A stretch of DNA of 56,422 bases from IMG/VR virus record IMGVR_UViG_3300021591_000001, positions 1 through 56,422 of that record. One strand, written 5' to 3'. Within the stretch, counting starts at the first letter, position 1. Each line of letters opens with the position of its first letter. The DNA is from a virus. Taxonomy: Duplodnaviria > Caudoviricetes. Made by a program: the position numbers and the translations under genes. This document shows positions 1-8,026 of this stretch, in pieces. Below the pieces are notes generated by a model, which made no database searches, was not told the origin of the DNA, and was given only the letters and a program-made list of their open reading frames with translations.

Positions 1-1150
1 CCGGAAACGGGCCCTTTTCTTCTGCCAGCTTTTTAGACTCGTCGTGGGCAATCTCCTGCAGGAAAGAACCTAGCTTCCTCGCCACATCTTGGGACTCTGT
101 ATAGGGTATGCGCATCTTTAAGAGTAAGTCATGGTATCCTACAAAGCCTAAGCCGAGCTTCCGAGTCTTTAAACACGCTTCCTTTATGCGATCGTCGCCG
201 CAGTCCGTTAGGGGATAAAAGGTAACCTCATAAACATTGTCCAAAGCTCTCACCATCACGCGTATTGTCTCTTCAAGCTTGTTGTAATCCACATCCTCGC
301 GCTCTTCGTCAAAATGCGCTGAGAGGTTGATAGACCCTAAGTTGCACGCCTCGAACTCGTAAAGAAGAGCTTCGCTGCAAGGATTTGTGATGCGTAGATC
401 ACCTAAGTGAGGAGTTGGATTTTTCTCGTTTACCGCGTCGAGAAAGATGACACCAGGCTCTCCGTTGCGCCACGCTCCACGGGCAATCCTGAGAAGAAGC
501 TCCTTTGCCTCGACAGTCTTGACAACCTTGTCGTGGAAGCGAAGCTCCCAGGAGTCCTCTCGCCTAGCCGCCTCCAGAAACGCGTCACTTAAACCAACAG
601 AAAAATTGAATGTCGACAACACACCCTCCTCCGCTTTAGCGTCTACAAACTCCAATACATCGGGGTGGTAGTCTTCAAGTATCGCCATTTGAGCTCCTCG
701 GCGACTACCTCCCTGTTGTATCGTGGCCCCCATCGTATCGTAAACGCGAATAAAGGAAACCGGGCCGCTAGCGATGCCGTCACGATGCCCTGCAGGAAAC
801 CCTCGTGGGCGTAAAAGGCTGAAGTTATAACCAACACCCCCGCCTGCAGCAAGAATCTTCGCCGACTCAGCAAGGGTCTCGAAGATTTCGGAGAGGGAGT
901 CGCGAGGCATCATGGCGAAGCAATTCAACATTGTGAGACCTCGGCGATCTCCCTCAGGATTCGCGGCGAAAAGGATGCGACCGCCGAAGATGGCGCGTCT
1001 CTCGTTAAGGATGTTGAAGACTTTCTGTTTGAAACTCTCGCTCCTGTCGCCTTCGGGCAAAGCCAAAGCTGTTGCTACTCTCCGAAACATGTCTTGAGGC
1101 GTTTCGTTCGGACGAAGATACTTCCTCTTCAATACAAACGTGTCGAACAT
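1..1150 (-). CDS. nrdJ: Ribonucleotide reductase, most likely class II (adenosylcobalamin-dependent); 5' part only, runs off the window edge
   Basis: Not in the ORF track because there is no stop in the window. Hand translation from ATG 1150 (RBS GGGAGG): MFDTFVLKRKYL...GGRIL...LNCF...GGGVGYNFSLLRP...ASGPVSF...QGGSRRGAQM...GEPGVIF...TNPCSE...ACNLGSINL...RKLGLG. No ATP cone. Confidence 0.9.
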   Translation of the reverse strand, partial: MFDTFVLKRKYLRPNETPQDMFRRVATALALPEGDRSESFKQKVFNILNERRAIFGGRILFAANPEGDRRGLTMLNCFAMMPRDSLSEIFETLAESAKILAAGGGVGYNFSLLRPRGFPAGHRDGIASGPVSFIRVYDTMGATIQQGGSRRGAQMAILEDYHPDVLEFVDAKAEEGVLSTFNFSVGLSDAFLEAARREDSWELRFHDKVVKTVEAKELLLRIARGAWRNGEPGVIFLDAVNEKNPTPHLGDLRITNPCSEALLYEFEACNLGSINLSAHFDEEREDVDYNKLEETIRVMVRALDNVYEVTFYPLTDCGDDRIKEACLKTRKLGLGFVGYHDLLLKMRIPYTESQDVARKLGSFLQEIAHDESKKLAEEKGPFP

Positions 1151-1152
1151 CT

Positions 1153-1953
1153 TTACCTCCCTTCAACCAATATTCCGTTGATGACAAGACGATTTCTGGG
1201 TATGTTAAAGGCAGAGCAGGCCTTACTTTCCACGGACAAAACGGTGAGAGGTACCACGTCCGCACTTCGAAACAAGCGAAAGCGCGGCTTCCCGAAGAGG
1301 TGTGTAAACTCCGGAAGGGCAAAATACATGTCGCCCGATTCTACGGTTGGTGGTAATCCGAAAAGCGTGAAGAGAAGTGAAAGGCGATGATCAAACGGCC
1401 CAATGGAGACAACCTCGCCGTTCTGCGCAGCGCGGCAGCAGGAAACCCCCCTCAAAAACGCCTCAACCGATTCGCGACGAAAGCGGAAAGCGGCTTTAGG
1501 CACAACCTGGAGATCGATTTCGAATGGTAAATTCAAGCTTTTTTTGTACAGGGTGAGAATAACCTTTGTACTGGCTGTTAGGGAGTAGGAAGTGCGATTG
1601 TCCTCAAGGAAGCGCAGTAACCTGTCGCGAAATGGCCAAAAAAGGTCTCGGTTGAGTATGCGAACTTTATAAACCTTCTCGTTTTCGGTGGCGCCGAAAG
1701 TCAACAGACCGGCTGCAAAAGCGAGCTCCCAAGGTGTTTCGTCCGGAACATCTGGCAAGGGAGTAACATGCAATCTTTCACCTGCGAGTGTACTCACTGC
1801 AATGTCATCAATCCTCTCTGCATTACATCGTATCTCGAGGCCGTTGGAAAGCTTAACGTGGTTAAGGACAAAAGCCTTCGGAGTTAGGTTTAAATCCTCA
1901 ACAAAAAAGCCGCCCTCGGCGGTCGTGATCAACATACCTTTACCAACGAGCAT
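1153..1953 (-). CDS. Free-standing degenerate intein/LAGLIDADG-like protein
   Basis: Start moved to ATG 1953 (GGAGG RBS, TGATG overlap with resolvase stop). Hint-like N-terminus (LVGKGMLITTAEG), LAGLIDADG-like helices (AFAAGLLTFG; VPKAAF...EAFLRGV), intein-like C-terminus (VINGILVEGR) without His-Asn. Confidence 0.6.
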   Translation of the reverse strand: MLVGKGMLITTAEGGFFVEDLNLTPKAFVLNHVKLSNGLEIRCNAERIDDIAVSTLAGERLHVTPLPDVPDETPWELAFAAGLLTFGATENEKVYKVRILNRDLFWPFRDRLLRFLEDNRTSYSLTASTKVILTLYKKSLNLPFEIDLQVVPKAAFRFRRESVEAFLRGVSCCRAAQNGEVVSIGPFDHRLSLLFTLFGLPPTVESGDMYFALPEFTHLFGKPRFRLFRSADVVPLTVLSVESKACSAFNIPRNRLVINGILVEGR

Positions 1954-2435
1954 CACGCACCTGCCTCCACAAAGTCTTCGAAGGAGACTAAAGAGAAGAG
2001 TTCGCGAATTAAACAAAGCACGCAAACCCTTCCCCAAATCTCTCGGGAAAGAACCAAGTTGCGAGGCTTTGCTGGAAGTCGGTCAAAAACGCTCTTTTCC
2101 ATGAAAAGAAGAATTTCAGGGAAGTAAGAGCGGGAGCAAACAAGCAGGGGATGTTTGCCTACTTTCTTTGCCTCCTCGCTTGCTTGCTTCCACCACTGCT
2201 TCCCTTGGGAACTGAAAACAAGAAGCGTGAAGTCTTTGACTTCAACGTTTTTGCACTCTACCACAAACGGAAAGAGTTGCTCCTCCTCATGGAGCAAACA
2301 AACGTCACCAGGAACCTTCTCCCAAGAGCCTGACCCTCTTGTACGAACGAACTTATGCTTGCTCCATTCGGTGAAAAGGGCAGCAACCTTTTGCTCAAAG
2401 CGCTGCCCTTTGCGACGAGAATACCTTCCCGGCAT
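1953..2435 (-). CDS. Holliday junction resolvase-like PD-(D/E)XK nuclease
   Basis: SRRKGQRFE...GSG...GDV...VECKN motif set typical of phage/archaeal Hjc-like resolvases; start at ATG 2435 overlapping the queE stop (TAATG). Confidence 0.8.
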   Translation of the reverse strand: MPGRYSRRKGQRFEQKVAALFTEWSKHKFVRTRGSGSWEKVPGDVCLLHEEEQLFPFVVECKNVEVKDFTLLVFSSQGKQWWKQASEEAKKVGKHPLLVCSRSYFPEILLFMEKSVFDRLPAKPRNLVLSREIWGRVCVLCLIRELFSLVSFEDFVEAGA

Positions 2436-3079
2436 TAAACTCCCCTCCTCGTATCCCAGATCCAAACATGCAACCGTGGGGAATAGCGAACACCGTACTT
2501 TTTGCAAATCTCAACTACGGTAGGGGCAACTTTCAAAAGTTCAGCCCTGGACTTTCCTCGGGGCATGAAGAGGATGTTTTGCGGCCTAGCCTTCATCTTC
2601 TCTACTATTCCCAACGCCTCTTCGGCGTCTCTCTCTGAACTTATCACGAATTTGAGCTGGTGATCATGCGATTGCACTAAAAAGTCGAGAACGGAAACAT
2701 CAGGTGGGAAATCGGGCGACATAGAAGAGAGCTTCGGGCTGATAGAGAGAAACGCGTTCACACGAAGAGCAATTGTGCCGTTTGTTTCAACGGTAACGAA
2801 ATAGGAGTCCTGCAACAGATCACACAGGTGTACAAGTTCTTCCTGCCAAATAAAGGGCTCCCCTCCTGTGATAACCACATCTGGTGATTTCAAACTCTGT
2901 ACTCGTGCCGCAAGATCCTCTGGAGCGAGATCTTCGGATTCACAGGACCAGGCGTACTTGGTGTCGCACTCCTTGCAATGTAGGTTACACCCGCAAAGTC
3001 GAACGAAGATGCTTGGCATTCCCACACGAACACCCTCACCTTGTATTGACTGAAAAACCTCAACGACTTTCATTTTCAA
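2435..3079 (-). CDS. queE: 7-carboxy-7-deazaguanine synthase (radical SAM)
   Basis: EVFQSIQGEG, FVRLCGCNLHCKECDT (CxxxCxxC), ITGGEP, VETNGT, SISPK, LKFVI, SPRLH. Confidence 0.93.
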   Translation of the reverse strand: MKMKVVEVFQSIQGEGVRVGMPSIFVRLCGCNLHCKECDTKYAWSCESEDLAPEDLAARVQSLKSPDVVITGGEPFIWQEELVHLCDLLQDSYFVTVETNGTIALRVNAFLSISPKLSSMSPDFPPDVSVLDFLVQSHDHQLKFVISSERDAEEALGIVEKMKARPQNILFMPRGKSRAELLKVAPTVVEICKKYGVRYSPRLHVWIWDTRRGV

Positions 3080-3710
3080 CCCCCATCAAGGCGCGATATT
3101 CAATGTCCCACGGAAAAACAACCCAAGATTCAGAAGGAACCTTTTTCGCAAAAACTTCAGGCAAGTCGGGCCTTTTGGTCAAGAGAGAGGCGGTCACGAG
3201 TTCACGGCATCGCTTCTGCAAGGAAGTGCTTACCAAAGACATTGTAGCACCGCTATCAACAATGTCATCTACAAGCACAACGACGTCCGGAAGATCGTTC
3301 ACATCACGGTAAAGAAGGGGCGTTTCGCCGTGTAATCCTAAAGCTTCGTAAAAACGAACACCGACAAAGTCAACCTTCTTCTCGAGGAGCTGCGAAAGAA
3401 TGAGCGCAGGAATACCTCCCGAGCGAAGGACACCAACGATAAGAAAATCGCTGTCGAGCACGCCACGCTTCTCGAGCTCGTTATAAATCAGATAGATAAG
3501 ATTGTCACAGAGTTTCAGCACATCGTCGAAACTAAACACAGTGAAGCTTGCGGGACACGGCAGAAAAGTAACCTCGCTTCGCGGACATCTCAGCGTGTAC
3601 TCAATACCTCCGTCAACAAGAAGCGGCGGTGTAAAGAGCGCGGTCACGCTGTCCTCGGTCTCAGAAATAACGAAGCCGCGCCTTCCTTTGTAAAGAATTT
3701 GACGATGCAT
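3060..3710 (-). CDS. Type I phosphoribosyltransferase (purine PRTase-like)
   Basis: GVLRSGGIPA, PRPP-binding loop VVLVDDIVDSGAT, C-terminal WVVFPWD as in Gpt/Hpt-like enzymes; extra N-terminal segment of about 55 aa. Confidence 0.85.
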   Translation of the reverse strand: MHRQILYKGRRGFVISETEDSVTALFTPPLLVDGGIEYTLRCPRSEVTFLPCPASFTVFSFDDVLKLCDNLIYLIYNELEKRGVLDSDFLIVGVLRSGGIPALILSQLLEKKVDFVGVRFYEALGLHGETPLLYRDVNDLPDVVVLVDDIVDSGATMSLVSTSLQKRCRELVTASLLTKRPDLPEVFAKKVPSESWVVFPWDIEYRALMGVENESR

Positions 3711-3713
3711 AGT

Positions 3714-4160
3714 TCACCTCCCGCTGGATCCAAAACCCCTCTCTCCTCTAAACGAGCTGTCGAGATCAGGAACCTCTCCTTCCTGAAAGATGACCTCGGG
3801 AACGCGCCTCACTGCGGCCTGCACAACCTTATCACCCTTTCTAACGCGGTAAGCCTCGTCAGTGTGATTGTAAACAATCACAGTAAGCTCAGCAGTGTAG
3901 AAGGCATCAATAGTCCCCGGGTGCACTTGCAGTCCCTTACGGCCATAGCTCGATCGAGGGCGAAAACACATCTCCCACCCCGCAGGTATCAGCAAACGAA
4001 CACCTAAAGGTACTTCGGCGATTCCCCGCGGAGGCACTTCGACATCCTCCGCAGCGAAAAAGTCGTAGCAGGCATCGTGGGAGTATGCCTTGACCGGAGC
4101 CTTCGCGCCCTCTCGAACCTTTTGGTAAACGATGACAACCTTGTCCATGACAAACCTCAC
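3714..4160 (-). CDS. dut: Trimeric dUTPase
   Basis: ACYDF, RPRSSYG, GTIDAFY, GDKVVQ, RGERGFGSSG motifs. Confidence 0.93.
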   Translation of the reverse strand: MRFVMDKVVIVYQKVREGAKAPVKAYSHDACYDFFAAEDVEVPPRGIAEVPLGVRLLIPAGWEMCFRPRSSYGRKGLQVHPGTIDAFYTAELTVIVYNHTDEAYRVRKGDKVVQAAVRRVPEVIFQEGEVPDLDSSFRGERGFGSSGR

Positions 4161-4933
4161 ACATCACCCACTAGAGCTTTTATAAAGTAGACGTTACGTT
4201 TAACATCAATAATGTAAGACTCATCATCGACGACTTCAAAGGGGTCAAACTTCACGGATGGTATCTTGTTGACGTTGGGCAACATCCAGAAAAAACCTGC
4301 GTGCCTTGTGTGTGTCCAAACAAACGAGCTGTCCATTGAGCGTACAAACCCGAGTTTGCTGACAGCCAGAGCCTCAGAAACAGAGTTCATGCCTAAACAG
4401 TGTACGGTTTTGACATTGGTCTGTCGGCGGAGCCACGAAAGGAAGGAAAGACGGTTCATTGCACGCTGTTGTGAAAGCGCAATTTGGGATTTTGTTTCAA
4501 AGTCGCATGCAAAGGGTACACCTATAACGTCGACAGCATCCTTTATTGCCTCGTAACATTCCATCATCGCTCCGAGAGTTTTTCCCTGCACAACCCCCAT
4601 GATGCGAGTGCGGGTGCGCAGATCAGGAGGGAAGTTCTTAACGAAATTCAAGGTCCGTCTCACAGTCTCGTCAGCGTCGTGAAGAACATCGGGTGCGACC
4701 ACTTCCTGAGGCTTTAGCTCCTCAACCAGGGAATATAGAGTTGCAGCGTCTAAAGGCTCGCCCCTTTCGACAACGCCGTTGTCGAGTATGATAAAGTCGC
4801 CGTTCTCGCGCGAAGTCTTGAAGTAGCTCGAGTACGCAGGTAGCTCCAAAAGGTGCGCCAAACAGAGTTTTATTGTACCCAAAGAAGTAATCTCATCAAG
4901 GTAGCGTATAGGGCAAATAAACGCGAATCTCAT
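4157..4933 (-). CDS. tRNA-guanine transglycosylase (TGT)/DpdA-like TIM-barrel protein, putative DNA base-exchange enzyme
   Basis: Ordered TGT-type motifs ILDNG, APD, MGVVQG, HCLG, SMDSS; lies between folE2 and queE. Confidence 0.65.
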   Translation of the reverse strand: MRFAFICPIRYLDEITSLGTIKLCLAHLLELPAYSSYFKTSRENGDFIILDNGVVERGEPLDAATLYSLVEELKPQEVVAPDVLHDADETVRRTLNFVKNFPPDLRTRTRIMGVVQGKTLGAMMECYEAIKDAVDVIGVPFACDFETKSQIALSQQRAMNRLSFLSWLRRQTNVKTVHCLGMNSVSEALAVSKLGFVRSMDSSFVWTHTRHAGFFWMLPNVNKIPSVKFDPFEVVDDESYIIDVKRNVYFIKALVGDV

Positions 4934-5712
4934 CTCCTCCTCCTGATAGTTGCAAAGGCGTCATGATGGTGTATAGACTCTTCACTCCTGACCCTAACCT
5001 CAAACTCACACACCTTGAAACGTTCGTCTACAGCGTCTGCAATTCTCGAGGCCAAATCCTCGACGAAAAATGGCAGGTCCCAGCATCTCTTCGCAATTTC
5101 CGCTTCGTCACTTCGCTTTACCACAGGATAAGGTCGCGGCGCAATCTCCAGGACAAGGTCGATAAGGTCTTCAAAGTAAGTTAGTCCCTCTGATTCCTTA
5201 ACGGAGAGCCAAACAAACGCTCTCTGCATGTGAGGAGCGCCATAACCCTGTGAGATAACTAAGCTCTTGGAGCACGGACACGTTGATATAACCTGCACCT
5301 GCACCGTAGTCCACCTCTCGATCTCCTCTCCAAGGCGGAGAGAACCGCTGATGCCGCACGGAAAGTACAACGGACCTCTAAAACCTGAAACAGGAGCAAC
5401 AAAGTCGCGCTTGAAAGGGAAAGCGACTGTGAGCATGGACTCGTCTGCCTCTTCGGCCTCGCAGAGAGCAGGAAGAACGGTCTCTAAATAGTCAGGCGCA
5501 AGCAAATCATACTTCAACAAAACTTGAGGGATGCGACTCATGTTGATGCCCCTCTGCCCTACAAGACGAACACCGGCCTTAACGGTTGCGACAACTTCCT
5601 GCGCGTCGTCGCTGTCTCTCTGCAAAACCTTTAAAGGCATGACAAAGTCCTCTATACCGACGAGATCAATCTGTCGATTCATCGGTGTGTTCTGAATGTC
5701 GGGGAAATGCAT
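4930..5712 (-). CDS. folE2: GTP cyclohydrolase type IB (FolE2/MptA family)
   Basis: PDIQ, GINMSR, TCPCS, PHMQR, VKRSDE, FFVED, ESIHHHDAFA. Confidence 0.9.
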   Translation of the reverse strand: MHFPDIQNTPMNRQIDLVGIEDFVMPLKVLQRDSDDAQEVVATVKAGVRLVGQRGINMSRIPQVLLKYDLLAPDYLETVLPALCEAEEADESMLTVAFPFKRDFVAPVSGFRGPLYFPCGISGSLRLGEEIERWTTVQVQVISTCPCSKSLVISQGYGAPHMQRAFVWLSVKESEGLTYFEDLIDLVLEIAPRPYPVVKRSDEAEIAKRCWDLPFFVEDLASRIADAVDERFKVCEFEVRVRSEESIHHHDAFATIRRRR

Positions 5713-6664
5713 TCAACACCTCCTGCTCAATATCGGCAAAAAGAGTTGTGTCCTCGTTCAGAGCGGCGACCAAAGCATCGCGCCCCTGAAATTTTAAATC
5801 ACCAAAGTAGTAAAACGCACCGCGTCTTACCACAACCTCCGAAGCGATCGCCTGTGTCGCAAGGAGGTCAACTTTATCGAAACCACGATCAAAATACAGG
5901 CGCACAGTGGCCTCCTTGAATGGTGGTGCAAGCTTATGCTTCGTCACTCGAGCAATGATATCAATGCAACCGTCCTCGCGAGGTAAGCGCCGGGAAAGTC
6001 GGAGTATAACAGAGCTGTAAAACTGCAACGCAGAACCGCCAGGTATGGCATCACCTGGAGTATACATCATCATCTTTACTCTCTTCTGATTGATGAAGAG
6101 GAGCACAGCTTCTCTATCAGAAATAACAGGTATCATCCTGCGCAAATACTGCGACAGCATCCGCGCTTGCGGAGCGATCGAGCTATCAGTAACCTCTCCC
6201 TTAAGCTCCTGCTCCGTAACCAATGCTGGTACGGAGTCCACAACAACAAGCGCTGTGCCTTCTTCAATCAGATCAGCGGCGACCTCCAACGCTTCCTCTC
6301 CACAGTTGGGCTGAGAGATGATCAAGTTATCTATTTCAACGCCAAGCTTAGCTGCCCACGCAGGATCAAGAGTATGTTCCATATCGATGTAGCCGCACGG
6401 GAAGCCTTTCTTTTGCGTTGCTGCAACTGTTGCAAGAGCCAAAGATGTTTTACCGCTTGAAGTCTCACCATAAACTTGACAAATGCGACCTTTTGGCCAT
6501 CCTCCAGCCAAAATAAAGTCGATGGGCAAAAGCCCTGTCGAGAGTGCTTCGAATCGTAAGGGACGCTCGCTCAAGGTCAGAACGGAGGAAGCGTCTTTGC
6601 GACGCTTCCTCACCCTTTGGAGGATTTCAGCGACGGTGCAACCCTCACTCATCTTTAGCCACAT
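5666..6664 (-). CDS. recA: RecA/UvsX recombinase
   Basis: GGWPKGRICQVYGETSSGKT (Walker A), YIDMEH, SQPNCGEEALE, VVVDSV, QARMLSQ, FINQ, GGSALQFYSS. Confidence 0.95.
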   Translation of the reverse strand: MWLKMSEGCTVAEILQRVRKRRKDASSVLTLSERPLRFEALSTGLLPIDFILAGGWPKGRICQVYGETSSGKTSLALATVAATQKKGFPCGYIDMEHTLDPAWAAKLGVEIDNLIISQPNCGEEALEVAADLIEEGTALVVVDSVPALVTEQELKGEVTDSSIAPQARMLSQYLRRMIPVISDREAVLLFINQKRVKMMMYTPGDAIPGGSALQFYSSVILRLSRRLPREDGCIDIIARVTKHKLAPPFKEATVRLYFDRGFDKVDLLATQAIASEVVVRRGAFYYFGDLKFQGRDALVAALNEDTTLFADIEQEVLNAFPRHSEHTDESTD

Positions 6665-7523
6665 CTCCCTTCGACATCAGCTCAGTCAAGCACGCCTCTT
6701 GGAAGGGGCAAGTAGCGCATTGTTTCTTCTCAACGCCAAACGATCCGAAGCACTCAGGGAGATCAGGTGGTGCAACTTTCTCCTTTTGCGTTGTGGGTCG
6801 CACCTCTTGAGAGGAGATAGTGGCTTGTTCGGAAACTACCTCAGGCTCCTTGGAGAAGGGCAGAGGCTCCTCTATCGGAGACAAATCAAGAGCCCTTCTG
6901 AAGTCCTCAAGACTCGGACGGAGGCTTGCTAGATACTCCTCAAGATCGGGAAGATTCTCGTATTCTCTCAGCTCCTCCTCGCTCAGGGGATCAGGAGCGA
7001 TGCGGAAGCTGCCGTCTCCCGAAGCTTGAGTGACGAACTTCACGTCGTAGTCTGCACCGCGACCTCGTTGTACTCGTAGTATCTCAACAACACAACCGCT
7101 GTCGAGGGAAACAAAATCGTAGTGCCATCGTTTAACCTCGCTCACAAACTTCTCCTTGGTCGAGGGTGAAACCTCAAGAGTGCAGATCTTCCCGTTCGTT
7201 TCGGACGTAGGTGTACGATCAATCACCCACACAACAAACCTTCTCTTCGCTGAAACGCGGCGGGCAGCTTCGGAATTTCCCTTGGCCGCAAGCCGAGACG
7301 CCAACTCGCATCCCGGACATTCGGGTGTCAGCAAGCACTGCGGCGCCTTGATGAAGTTAGGCACCGTGATGTAGTCTTGGAGAAAGTGACGATAAACCTC
7401 GACGAAAGGCAAATCAGGGTCGCTTTTACGCGGCAGCACACGCACACATGTCCTCGGCGCAGTAAGGCGCAATGACGGATAGGTGCTCGTGCTGCTCTCG
7501 GCGATGAAGCGATCAATGTTCAT
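6645..7523 (-). CDS. Single-stranded DNA-binding protein (T4 gp32-like) with C-terminal Cys4 zinc motif
   Basis: VRVLP...PFVEVYRHF...CPGC...AKRRFVVWVIDR...YDV pattern, acidic tail, terminal CFG...CATCPFQEAC; adjacent to recA. Confidence 0.7.
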   Translation of the reverse strand: MNIDRFIAESSTSTYPSLRLTAPRTCVRVLPRKSDPDLPFVEVYRHFLQDYITVPNFIKAPQCLLTPECPGCELASRLAAKGNSEAARRVSAKRRFVVWVIDRTPTSETNGKICTLEVSPSTKEKFVSEVKRWHYDFVSLDSGCVVEILRVQRGRGADYDVKFVTQASGDGSFRIAPDPLSEEELREYENLPDLEEYLASLRPSLEDFRRALDLSPIEEPLPFSKEPEVVSEQATISSQEVRPTTQKEKVAPPDLPECFGSFGVEKKQCATCPFQEACLTELMSKGDVAKDE

Positions 7524-7559
7524 TGTAGTTCCTCCTTAGTTTGGTTTTGGACTAACAGA

Positions 7560-7568
7560 ATTATAAGG
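7560..7568 (-). promoter_or_regulatory. CCTTATAAT promoter-like motif upstream of the SSB gene
   Basis: Exact TATAAT in a 60-bp intergenic gap; the same 9-mer occurs at 11559 and 47165. Confidence 0.55.
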
Positions 7569-7585
7569 GAAACGGCGCGGAGCGA

Positions 7586-8026
7586 TCAATGCGCCATTTC
7601 CATCTCACGACGGAAGTACGCCCCTTGCTGCACCAGAAGTATTTGCTTCATCTCAAGGGAACGTAAAACGCCTTGAAGAGTCTGGACGCGCCGTGTCATC
7701 TTCGCAATCTCCTCTTTCCTCCTAACAAACTCTGGCTGCGACTTAATCTGACTTTCCACCTCACGAATTGTACCTCCCCTCTGCGTCTTGAACACCAGGT
7801 AACACTCCCCTTCCCACGATTCCAAAGCAGCTTGCATTTGTGAGAGTTGCTCTTTGTAGTGCTCCTGCACCATCGATAAGTACGCGTAAAGGGGAGGTAA
7901 AAGGTTCATTTGCCGTTGTATATTGTTCACGTCGGTGCTCTTCAAGGCGTCTTCCAGATTCACCAAAACGCTCTCGTCGAGCGAAACCAACGACCGCAAA
8001 GAGTCGAGGATACGGTTTGTCATCAC
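7586..8026 (-). CDS. Coiled-coil protein, probable UvsY-like recombination mediator
   Basis: Helical 146-aa protein between the polymerase and SSB/recA; size and position fit UvsY-like proteins. Confidence 0.5.
   Translation of the reverse strand: MMTNRILDSLRSLVSLDESVLVNLEDALKSTDVNNIQRQMNLLPPLYAYLSMVQEHYKEQLSQMQAALESWEGECYLVFKTQRGGTIREVESQIKSQPEFVRRKEEIAKMTRRVQTLQGVLRSLEMKQILLVQQGAYFRREMEMAH

Noticed and set aside
1-1953. Split or trans-splicing intein joining ORF 1153-1953 to the reductase
   Set aside because: The ORF has no extein and no splicing residues, and nrdJ has its own RBS and a complete N-terminus.
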